Assembly (NCBI GenBank): GCA_964016885.1
Contig: OZ024750.1
Coordinates: forward strand, 29,698,001 to 29,762,000
Reading direction: 5' to 3'
From: Eledone cirrhosa
Lineage: Eukaryota
Length of the DNA: 64,000 nucleotides
Within the stretch, counting starts at the first letter, position 1, and each line of letters opens with the position of its first letter. A program made the translations under genes and the position numbers. A model generated the notes under the pieces. It did not search any database and had not been told where the DNA came from. It saw nothing but the letters and a program-made list of their open reading frames with translations. This document shows positions 1-10,036 of the stretch, one piece after another.

Positions 1-161
1 GTCTGATAGAAAGTCACTCTGATCCAAAACGCGAGACAGACAGGTGGGGGTGGGAGGTTACCATAGTCAAACAGTTTTAGCGGGAGATTCGCGTCCCTGA
101 TACGGTTGAACGCTTCGGTGATATTGAGGACAACAGTTTTCGCCAGATTTCACGAGTGCAA

Positions 162-271
<110 letters not shown>

Positions 272-479
272 TGTGTGTACACCATGGAGATACACAGTCT
301 CCGCGAGAAACTTTTAGACTATAGAAAAGGACTTGCTTTTGGCTCCCAAAACTGAAAAAGGGGTTGAAAAGTTTTTGTTATGAAGACATTTATCGGTTTT
401 CCAGACCCCTGATTTTTATATAGATTGAAGCTCTCTCTTATAGACTGTGGTGTGTGTGTGTGTGAGAGAGACAGGGAGA

Positions 480-655
480 GAATCCTAAACGCAGATATTT
501 ACTGTAACTGCAATAGATTGCAAAGAATAATAGTTTAGAAAATCGGGTAAAATACCCGTATCGACGAGGGGAATGGCCTGCAGCACCTGCCAAGAATCGA
601 ACTCTGTACCTCACGAATACCGTGTGAATACGTTCCCTTTACGCCAAGGGTTCGC
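480..655 (-). mobile_element. degenerate tRNA-derived SINE head
   Basis: Minus strand reads TGGCGTAAAGGG (A-box-like) ... AGTTCGATTCT (B-box-like) at tRNA-like spacing. Boundaries approximate. Confidence 0.4.
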
Positions 656-752
656 TGAAAACTTCTTTCCGTCTATTTTTAGGATGCTATACTATACAAC
701 TTGAGGCTTGAGTGTGTGTGTATGTATGTATATATATAATATATATATATAT

Positions 753-1006
753 GCCAAGACTGGAATTGAACCATCAGCACAGTTGAGGTATGTCATACAT
801 CAATTTATATATTTTATCTGATGAGGGCGTACTGAGGAAACAGCACAGTACCTCCGAAATATATATAATAAAATATATTTTGATTAAGTGAATTTCTATA
901 TTTATTAATATTTTGAATTAATATTAATAAATTTTTCTCTTGAGTGCTTCTAATCTATTGTAAAACTATATTCATTGATTAATCAATGAACCTTGTTTAA
1001 CTTTGG

Positions 1007-1008
<2 letters not shown>
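753..1008 (+). mobile_element. short HHR-bearing element in (TA)n, probable Penelope-like pLTR remnant
   Basis: Unique ~255-bp island flanked on both sides by (TA)n; contains the complete hammerhead at 807-878. Confidence 0.6.
807..878 (+). ncRNA. type I hammerhead ribozyme
   Basis: ATATATTTTAT-CTGATGA-[GGGCGTACTG..CAGTACCTCC]-GAAA-TATATA-TA-ATAAAATATAT. Perfect 11-bp stem I, intact core, stem II and a palindromic stem III; predicted cleavage after 867. Confidence 0.85.
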
Positions 1009-1064
<56 letters not shown>

Positions 1065-1089
1065 TATATATATATAATATATGTATATA

Positions 1090-1215
1090 GATAAATGAAA
1101 CAAATCAAAACGCACAAAGCAAAATTACACAGTTATATTAGATTCACGCTTGGAGGAAGTGGAGGGGGTTTCAACGTTTCGGACAGAAGTCCTTCAGGAA
1201 AGTTCAAATAAGTGG
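1090..1215 (-). mobile_element. Penelope-like 3' remnant with decayed minimal HHR
   Basis: Minus strand: TTTC-CTGAA-GGAC TTCT GTCC-GAAACGTT-GAAA, with the core shortened relative to CTGANGA; runs into (TA)n. Confidence 0.5.
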
Positions 1216-1492
1216 TATGAGAAGGTTAAGAAAGGAAGTTAAGAAAAAAAGGTGGTTGGGAGGAGAAAGAATGATAGGAAGAGGTGGGTGAAATGTCTGG
1301 CATGGGGAGAGGGCTGTGTGGAAAGTACGAGGTTGTGTGTGAAGAAATTGGTAGATGTGCGTGGCCTCAGTCTATGTGTGGCAACGTGTGTGTCCCAGTG
1401 TGCACACTGATATGTGTATGTCTGTGAATTTGGGGCTTTTTTTCTCTGTGTGTGTGTATGAGGGACTTTTTCTGTAGTTCTATGCATGTGTA

Positions 1493-1525
<33 letters not shown>

Positions 1526-2094
1526 TATCACGTGTGTGTTGAATGAGTGAGTGTGTACATACACAGGTGTGTGTATAGGTGATTTTTTAATTGTTTCTAT
1601 TTATGTGAGTGTGTACGTATGTGTGTGTGTGTGTATGTCTGTGTTGTTGACTGTGTATTTTCTGTAGAGAGAAGCGTGTGCGTGTGTCCATAGGTGCGTA
1701 TATATATATATTTATATATGTAGAAATTTGTAACTTATTTTATTAATAATACGTATTTCTGTGGCTTTCATGATTACGCAATGCAGTCCACAGGCAACTA
1801 CCAACAGGACTTCATCAGGCAGCAACTTAAGTAATAACATTGTTATGTGACATTTCCATTCCAATATGGGCTAGAATATACATAAGGGGACGGGCTGTGA
1901 AAGAACAAACACGCTTTAGTCCCTCACACACACACACACACTCTCTCTCTCCCCTTCGGCACAGATGGTGTGCAGGGTTGAACGTGTTTAACTTACGTGA
2001 GAGAAAGATAATCACTTTGCTTTGTGACGACGACACTCGTATTTAATGACAGCGTTGACAGCAGTCACTGTTGTCGCTGCTGTCACCACCAGCC

Positions 2095-2158
<64 letters not shown>

Positions 2159-2319
2159 CTTTCTCTCACTCTGTTACTCTCTTTCTCTTGTCCCCATCGC
2201 CATCACTGTTTCGAACTTTTGTCGTCATACACACACACACACACACATACACATAGTTATACATACACACACATAGTTATACATACACACATACACATAA
2301 GTGTACACACAACTACACC

Positions 2320-3150
2320 TAAATGTACACACACACATACGTAAATGTACACACATGTAAATGTACATACACATACATAAATGTACATACATATACGTAA
2401 ATGTACACACATATAATTGTACACGTGCACACACCAAAATGTACACACACATAAATGTACACATACATACATAAATGTTCACACACACATAAATGTACAC
2501 ACACACACACATAAATGTACACATACATACATAAATGTACACACACACACATAAATGTACACACACACACACATAAATGTACACATACATACATAAATGT
2601 TCACACACACACATAAATGTACACATACATACATAAATGTTCACACACACATAAATGTACACACACACACACATAAATGTACACATACATACATAAATGT
2701 TCACACACACATAAATGTACACACACACACACATAAATGTACACATACATACATAAATGTACACACACACACATAAATGTACACACACACACACATAAAT
2801 GTACACATACATACATAAATGTTCACACACACACATAAATGTACACATACATACATAAATGTTCACACACACACATAAATGTACACACACACACACACAC
2901 ATAAATGTACACATACATACATAAATGTACACACACACACATAAATGTACACACACACACATAAATGTACACACACACACATAAATGTACACATACATAC
3001 ATAAATGTACACATACATACATAAATGTATACATACATACATAAATGTACACATCCATACATAAATGTACACACGCACACATAAATGTACACACACACAC
3101 ACACACACATAAATGTGCACACACACACACACATAAATGTACATACACAT
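2320..3150. repeat. (CA)-derived minisatellite, core ACATAAATGTACAC
   Basis: Dozens of ~22-32 bp units with a variable CA run. Confidence 0.9.
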
Positions 3151-3479
3151 ACACAAATGTACACACACATGTGCCATACATACATAAAGTTACGTACACA
3201 CACAAATGTACATATATATATATAAATACACACACAGACAGACACACACATACGCATACGCACACACACACACACACACATACGCGCACACACGCACACA
3301 CACACACACACACATATATATCTACTCGGTCATTTCTCCTCGCCAGGACCTTATCGCACCAGCTGGCGTTCCATGTACAATAGGAACAAAGAAATAGATT
3401 GATGTTCGCTTCATTGGCAGCCATTCTTGTTTGTTTGTATATATACAACTGTGTGGGTCTGTGTATGTGGTTGAGAGAG

Positions 3480-4015
3480 TGTGTGTGTCTGTGTATGTGT
3501 TTGTGCTGTTTCGTGTGGTTGTGTACATAGTGTTCTTTGTGGTTGCGTGTGTGTCTGTGTATGTGTTTGTGCTGTTTTGTGTGGTTGTGTACATAGTGTT
3601 CTTTGTGGTTGCGTGTGTGTCTGTGTATGTGTTTGTGCTGTTTTGTGTGGTTGTGTACATAGTGTTCTTTGTGGTTGCGTGTGTGTCTGTGTATGTGTTT
3701 GTGCTGTTTTGTGTGGTTGTGTACATAGTGTTCTTTGTGGTTGCGTGTGTGTCTGTGTATGTGTTTGTGCTGTTTTGTGTGGTTGTGTACATAGTGTTCT
3801 TTGTGGTTGCGTGTGTGTCTGTGTATGTGTTTGTGCTGTTTTGTGTGGTTGTGTACATAGTGTTCTTTGTGGTTGCGTGTGTGTCTGTGTATGTGTTTGT
3901 GCTGTTTTGTGTGGTTGTGTACATAGTGTTCTTTGTGGTTGCGTGTGTGTCTGTGTATGTGTTTGTGCTGTTTTGTGTGGTTGTGTACATAGTGTTCTTT
4001 GTGGTTGCGTGTGTG
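3480..4015. repeat. 66-bp minisatellite, ~8 near-identical copies
   Basis: The ORF track shows a 22-aa period (HTRNHKEHYVHNHTKQHKHIHR). Confidence 0.95.
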
Positions 4016-4159
4016 TATGAACGTATGCGTATGTGATTGTGTTTGTGTGTGAGTATGTAGGTGTGCACACGCGCGTGCCTTTGTGTGTGTGTGTGTGTGT
4101 GTCTGCCTTTGTGTGTGTAAACGTGTATAGGCATTTATTTGAAAATGAGAACGTGAATG

Positions 4160-5240
4160 TGAACCCGTGAGTGGAGTTCCACCGAAGCAGGTGGAGAAGT
4201 TCAAATATCTCGAGTGATAGAAGGCAAGGGGCTGAATTAAATATAAGAATTGCAAGCTTCAAAATTCAGTAATCAGATGGGAGGGTAATGTAAAAGTCAA
4301 ACTTACTATCTTCAATGTTGTGTTCCTGCCAACCTTTACCTATGGTCATAAATCTTGAGTAATAACTGAAAGAATATGATCGCGAATACAAGCGGCCGAA
4401 ATGGAGTTCATTCGAAGGGTCTCTGGAGTAATGTTACTCAATAAAGTGCGTTGCTCAGAGATAAGAGAGTCACTCCAGGTAGAGCCACTACTTCTCCGAA
4501 TTGAGAGATCACAGCTCCGATACTACAGATATGTGGTTAGAATGTCTCAGGAAAGAATCACTGGAGAGTCACTCCAAGTAGAGCCACTACTTCTCCGAAT
4601 TGAGAGATCACAGCTCCGATACTACAGATATGTGGTTAGAATGTCTCAGGAAAGAATCACTGGAGAGTCACTCCAGGTAGAGCCACTTCTTCGAATTGAG
4701 AGATCACAGCTCCGATACTACAGATATGTGGTTAGAATGTCTCAGGAAAGAATCACTGGAGAGTCACTCCAGGTAGAGCCACTACTTCGAATTGAGAGAT
4801 CACAGCTCCGATACTACAGATATGTGGTTAGAATGTCTCAGGAAAGAATCACTGGAGAGTCACTCCAGGTAGAGCCACTACTTCGAATTGAGAGATCACA
4901 GCTCCGATACTACAGATATGTGGTTAGAATGTCTCAGGAAAGAATCACTGGAGAGTCACTCCAGGTAGAGCCACTACTTCGAATTGAGAGATCACAGCTC
5001 CGATACTACAGATATGTGGTTAGAATGTCTCAGGAAAGAATCGTTGGACAGATTTTACGGAGAAAATACAACCCAGGAGTAGATTCCAAGCAAGATGGTT
5101 GGATAACATCCATGAGCTTGGCTGGTCTAGCTTGGGGATCCAGTTGGAGATGGTTGCTTCTAAGAAGATCCGTTGGAAGGAGTGTTTGAGGACTCAGCTC
5201 CCATGACCCTTTCAGAAATAAACAATAATAATAATAATAA
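4160..5240 (+). mobile_element. 5'-truncated, decayed RTE-clade LINE (RT C-terminal region) with (AAT)n tail
   Basis: Translation gives QVEKFKYL, TYGH, IQAAEMEFIRRVSG, EPLLLRIERSQLRY, RWLDNI, typical of RTE ORF C-termini. Stops and frameshifts are present; ends in AATAATAAT. Confidence 0.8.
4465..5041 (+). repeat. six tandem 96-99 bp copies inside the RTE fragment
   Basis: Unit ESLQVEPL(L)LRIERSQLRYYRYVVRMSQERITG repeated six times in frame. Confidence 0.95.
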
Positions 5241-5625
5241 AGATTTTTTTAGTATAGGCACCAGGCCAGTAATTTGGGGAGAGGGGAAAGTCGATTAAAT
5301 CGACCCCAGTGTGCTACTGGTACTTTATTTTATCGACCCCGTAAGGATGAAAGGCAAAGCTAACCTTGGCGGGATTTGAACTCAAAACGTAAAGAGACAT
5401 ATGCCACAAAGCAAGTTGTCCGATGCTCTACCGATTCTGCCAATGTGATAATAATTGTTTCTACTTTTGGCACAAGGCCAGCAATTATCCCAGTGCAGTA
5501 CTGGTACTTTATTTTATCGACCCCCGTAAGGATGAAAGGATAAGTTAACCTCGACAGGATTTGAACTCAGACCGCAAAGGGACGTAACTCTATGCTGCAA
5601 AGTATGGTGTCCGACCCTCTACCGA
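5241..5625 (-). mobile_element. two tandem copies of tRNA-derived SINE family A
   Basis: Sense reads TGGCAGAATCGGTAGA..GAGTTCAAATCC (A/B boxes), core GCCTTTCATCCTTACGGGGTCGATAAAATAAAGTACCAG, 3' TTGTGCC..TAGAAACAATTATT. At least 15 copies in the window. Confidence 0.85.
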
Positions 5626-5999
5626 AGAAGAAGAAAGATGCGTCGATGAGAATGTGCATGTAATAAAATAGACTCAGGAGAAAGTTAAAAGTGAGGAATT
5701 CATAAAAGCTAAAAGGCGGTCCATTAAATAAACAAACATGGAAGAATGTGTAGAAAATTAATGTGTTCCTTGTATTTATTCTAGATAAGGTCATCTTAAC
5801 CTCAACATGTCTGTGTAGAAAAGGTGGTGTATATAATAACTGGAATATTAATTATAATTAATTAAAACAGGATGTAATGCGGTCTGTACATTTACATATT
5901 GTCAGTATTAATGGATGTTAGGGTTAAATGATACATATTTTGTGAATGGATAATTCTGGAGGCTGGTGGCAGTCTGGAGGTCCTCCGTCGTTTCCGAAG

Positions 6000-6306
6000 A
6001 GGAGCGCTCCAGTTGGTTCAATTCAATCAACGGAACAGCCTGCCTCGTGAAATTAACGTGTAATTGGATGAGCATTCCATAGACACGCGTACACCCTTAA
6101 CGTAGTTCTCAGGGAGATTCAGCGTGACACAGTCTGTGACAAGGCTGGCCTTCTGAATTACAGGTACAACTCATTTTCGCCAGCTGAGTAGACTGGAGCA
6201 ACGTGAAATAAAGTGTTTTCTTACTCAAGGACACCGGGTCTGGGAATCGAAATCACGACATTAGGATCGTGAGCCGAACACCCTAACCACGAAGCCACGC
6301 ACCTTC
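6000..6306 (-). mobile_element. tRNA-derived SINE with CORE-like domain (family C)
   Basis: Sense: GTGGCTTCGTGGTTAGGG..GATTTCGATTCC, then GTGTCCTTGAGTAAGAAAACACTTTATTTCACGTTGCTCCAG. Confidence 0.75.
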
Positions 6307-6830
6307 TTCACCTGTTGTTTCGAAAGACTACACAAACTACATTATGTTTTAGGGAGAAAGTAGAGCAAGAGAAGTTGCGAACTTGAATACCCAACATAAC
6401 ATACGAACCCTGAAAACGTAGATTCGGGAAGAATTTTATAGATTTTTCATTATGTTTCATAATATGATGTGACGTGACCGAAATATTTTAGAAGGTGCGA
6501 TGGACAAGAAAGGGGGCAGGTGTGAACATTTTGATATGAGGGTTGACAGGTTATTATATTCAACGAAAAGTAACTCTTCCTTCCCCCAAAAGCAATAAAA
6601 TTGTGTTCGCTTGAATGAAACTAACTTTCGTCAGATAATTTTAACTCTTGATAACCGCCCAAAATCGCCACAAACTGGCCCCAAATCGCCTATAGTTCTA
6701 TGAAACGATCGATCGATTTTTTTTCTAAGATCAACTAGATCCAGCCTCATTTGCTTACTGAGTGACCGAGGAAATCAGACATAGGAAACAATGTTTCCAT
6801 TGGCCTTTCCATTGCTGATGCTATCTAGCG

Positions 6831-7086
6831 CAGGCACGTCAAACATGCGGCCCTTTAAAAGGACACCTGCGGCCCGCACAAAGGTTTTTAGAGCGCGAGC
6901 ACGTTTTATCTTCGTAATATAAAATAAAAAAAATTAGTTGTAATGTGCGCAATTAGTTGTGTGACCTTCAGACAACACATGTGACTCATGTGGCCCTCAG
7001 ACAACACATGTGGGACCCATGTGGCCCTCAGACAACACATGTGTGACCCATGTGGCCCTCGGGGGACACTCAGTTTGACATGCCTG
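6831..7086. mobile_element. hAT-superfamily MITE nested in a SINE body
   Basis: TIRs CAGGCACGTCAAAC / GTTTGACATGCCTG (13/14 match); 8-bp TSD ATCTAGCG/ATCTACCG; subterminal TGCGGCCC motifs; internal ~31-bp x3 repeat. A paralogous empty site lies at ~47810. Confidence 0.9.
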
Positions 7087-7512
7087 ATCTACCGGTTGCA
7101 ACTCCTGGCAGAAAGAGCAACGTGAATGAAACCACCATTTTTTTAAAAGGTTCTTATTTAAATTAATTTAATATGTAGAAAATAAAATAAATAATTTTAT
7201 CAAGAATAGCTGGAAAGTTGGAGCTATTTTGGAAACAATGAAAGTGTGTGTTGGCAAAGAAAAAATAGATGAAAACATTTCTATATCTTGGGGAAAGTGT
7301 TGATAGATATAACTCAATAGATGAAAAGATTGTTATATCTTGTGGGTAGTGTTGATAGATACATCATAGAAATAGCCGCCATTCTAAATTATAATCCTCA
7401 CCACTATCACCATCACCCCCCGCCCTCCTCAATTTACAACTTCTGATTTACTGACGAATGTTGACGCCCAATATTTGTCAGTGACAAGATACAGCCTGAT
7501 AAATAATATATA

Positions 7513-7682
7513 CTGTATTTCCCGGCGTCGAAGACGCTACTTTTCCCCTAAAATAGGTTTAATAAATCTACCATGCATCCTGGAGGTTGAAGGTTGTTTA
7601 TTATTTTTTTTTTCAAATTTTTGGTTGCTAAAATTAGGGTGCATCCTCGAGGACGAAGCGTCTTCGGCGCCGGGAAATGTGG
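7513..7682. mobile_element. Tc1/mariner (Tc2/pogo-like) MITE
   Basis: ~25-bp imperfect TIRs CTGTATTTCCCGGCGTCGAAGACGC / GCGTCTTCGGCGCCGGGAAATGTGG, flanked by TA on both sides. Confidence 0.85.
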
Positions 7683-7734
7683 TATATATATATATATATA
7701 TATATAATGTGTGTGTGTGTGTGTTTACGTATAC

Positions 7735-7872
7735 TGTTTGTTCAAGACCTGTAACTTGGCGGTTCGACAAAAATAGATCGATAAAATAAGTACCAAACTT
7801 TAAAAAATAAATACTGAATTCAAGACAGTGCCACAGCATAGCCGCAGTCTAATAATTGAAAACAATAAAATA
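7735..7872 (+). mobile_element. 3' part of SINE family D (unexpanded tail)
   Basis: GTAACTTGGCGGTTCGACAA..ATAAGTACC..CAGTGCCACAGCATAGCCGCAGTCTAATAATTGAAA; homologous to 42990-43215. Confidence 0.7.
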
Positions 7873-8151
7873 ATTACACACACACACACGCACACGCACG
7901 CACACACACACACACACACACACAACAACAACAAGGAAAACAACAACACTGAAGAACAATACAATACAAAAATGTTATGATGTTATATACTAGTTGAACA
8001 TTTGATTTAGAAGGAAAAGAAGCTTAACGTTGCGGGCGTTAGTCTTTCATCGGAGAATAAAATGAAAAAAAAGAGAAGAAATAAGAAGATAGACTAGATT
8101 AAGAAAAGAAAGAAATCGGGCAAAATGTTTCTAGAGGAAAACATTAGTGTA

Positions 8152-8205
<54 letters not shown>

Positions 8206-8244
8206 AGATAAATATACATGCATACCCCCCCCCCCCACACACAC

Positions 8245-8286
<42 letters not shown>

Positions 8287-8640
8287 GAGTTTGCTAAACG
8301 CAGATAGTAGGGTGTAGAATCTTGAACAGAAAAATAATAACGCAATCAAACATAAAAAGAATCTCCGAATCTCCGTCTTATTCCGATGTCAGTCGTAGTA
8401 TGAACCCCAGGGCATTGTAATACCCCCAGGGCATTCTAATACCTGCGGTGGCACTAATTAGTAAAGGGATTACAAGCACTGTTGGATCGTGTTCTAACAG
8501 TGCCGGATCTAGACATGAGCTAAACATCAAGCTACTCACACTTTAGGATCTTACAATCCGCAGGGGCCTGAAAATAATTAAGACATATGTTTTCAATTTT
8601 TGTGAGATTTCTGGAATAATTATTTGCCAAGGATAAAGAC

Positions 8641-8965
8641 GGCGGCGAATTGGCAGAGTCTTTAGAACTTCGGATAGACTGTTTTATGGTATTTGTTCTG
8701 GCTTTCTGTTCTTTGAGTTCAAATCTCGCCGAGGTCAACTTTGCCTTTCATCCTTTCTAGGTCGATAAAAAAAAGTACTAGTTAAGTACTGGGATAGATT
8801 CTTCCTCTATATCTCTTTCTCACTTCTTTCTATTCTTCTCTGGAAGAAATCTGCCGTATTCATACCTGAAGAGGATATGGGCTCTGCCAGGCTTTAAAAT
8901 GCCTAAGAAACGCTGTATGCCACTTCGACACCCCTACCACCCTCTAAGGAGTTACGGGACCATAC
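8641..8965 (+). mobile_element. SINE A head and core joined to alternative 3' module B
   Basis: GGCGGCGAATTGGCAGAG..GAGTTCAAATC..GTCGATAAA..AGTACTGGG followed by GATTCTTCCTCTATA.. module. Same junction at ~25492 and ~34268. Confidence 0.75.
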
Positions 8966-9219
8966 ACATTTATCAAGGAAACTCCAAACATTACATTACT
9001 TGGCACCTCATCATAACTAAACCCTACGCTGCTGGTCAGAATAATTAGGAGTCAAAGGATGAACCTCTCTCTGTATGGATGTTCGACTTGCTAGGAACAG
9101 CAGCGAAATATTTAGCTGATCCCAACAATCCCACAGCCTTCACTTTGATCCACTCACGTTGTGATTAGATGAACTCCTTTCAATGGTTTAGCTGGTCCCA
9201 ACAATCCCTCAGCCTTCAC

Positions 9220-9541
9220 GTTGATCCCCACTCTACTTTATCCCCCCCCCCCCCCACTACTTTATTTGATCCCCACACTGCTTTATTTGATCTCCACACT
9301 ACTTTATTTGATCCACATACTGCTTTATTTGATCTCCTCACTACTTTATTTGATCCACACACTACTTTATTTGATCTCCTCACTACTTTATTTGATCCAC
9401 ACACTACTTTATTTGATCTCCACTCTACTTCATTTGATCCACACACTGCTTTATTTGAGCCCCCCCCCCCCCCCCGCTACTTTATTTGATCTCCACACTA
9501 CTTACTTTATTTGATCCCCACACTACTTTATTTGATCCACA
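9220..9541. repeat. 21-bp minisatellite (ACTACTTTATTTGATCCACAC)
   Basis: About 13 imperfect copies. Confidence 0.9.
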
Positions 9542-10036
9542 CTCACGTTGTAGCCAACAAAAGTATCGTATATTCACCTGATGTTAGAGAAACTAGAATA
9601 TATTTGTTGCATATTTTTACTTTAGGGCTCTGAAATATAACAATAACAGCAGCACCAACAACAACTACAACCGAAACAACAACAGCAACTACAACAACAA
9701 CAACAGTAGCAACAGCCACAACATTAACCGCAACAACAATAACACTAAGTCAACTGAATGAAAATCAGGAGAATTTAGTTAAGTGATACAATATCTCTGG
9801 AGAGTTGTTTAGAAATCTGAACTGTAGATGTTGTTAAAGGGGTTTTATATTGTAGTTGTGATGGTGGGGAGGGTGGTGGTAGTGGTGGGGGATGGTGGTG
9901 TTGGCGATGATGGTAGGGTTGGAGTGTGATAGTGGGGGAGAGTGGTTGTGATGGTGATTTGATGGTTGTGATGGTGGGGATGATGGCAGTTGTGGGGGTG
10001 ACAGTGGTAGTTGTAGTGGGGGGTGATTGTTATGAT

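Noticed and set aside
8641-8730. tRNA genes
   Set aside because: A/B-box segments are SINE heads with no complete cloverleaf.
8860-8922. CTGAAGA...GAAAC..GTA as a hammerhead in SINE module B
   Set aside because: The other two copies read CTGGAGA, and stems I and II do not close on the core.
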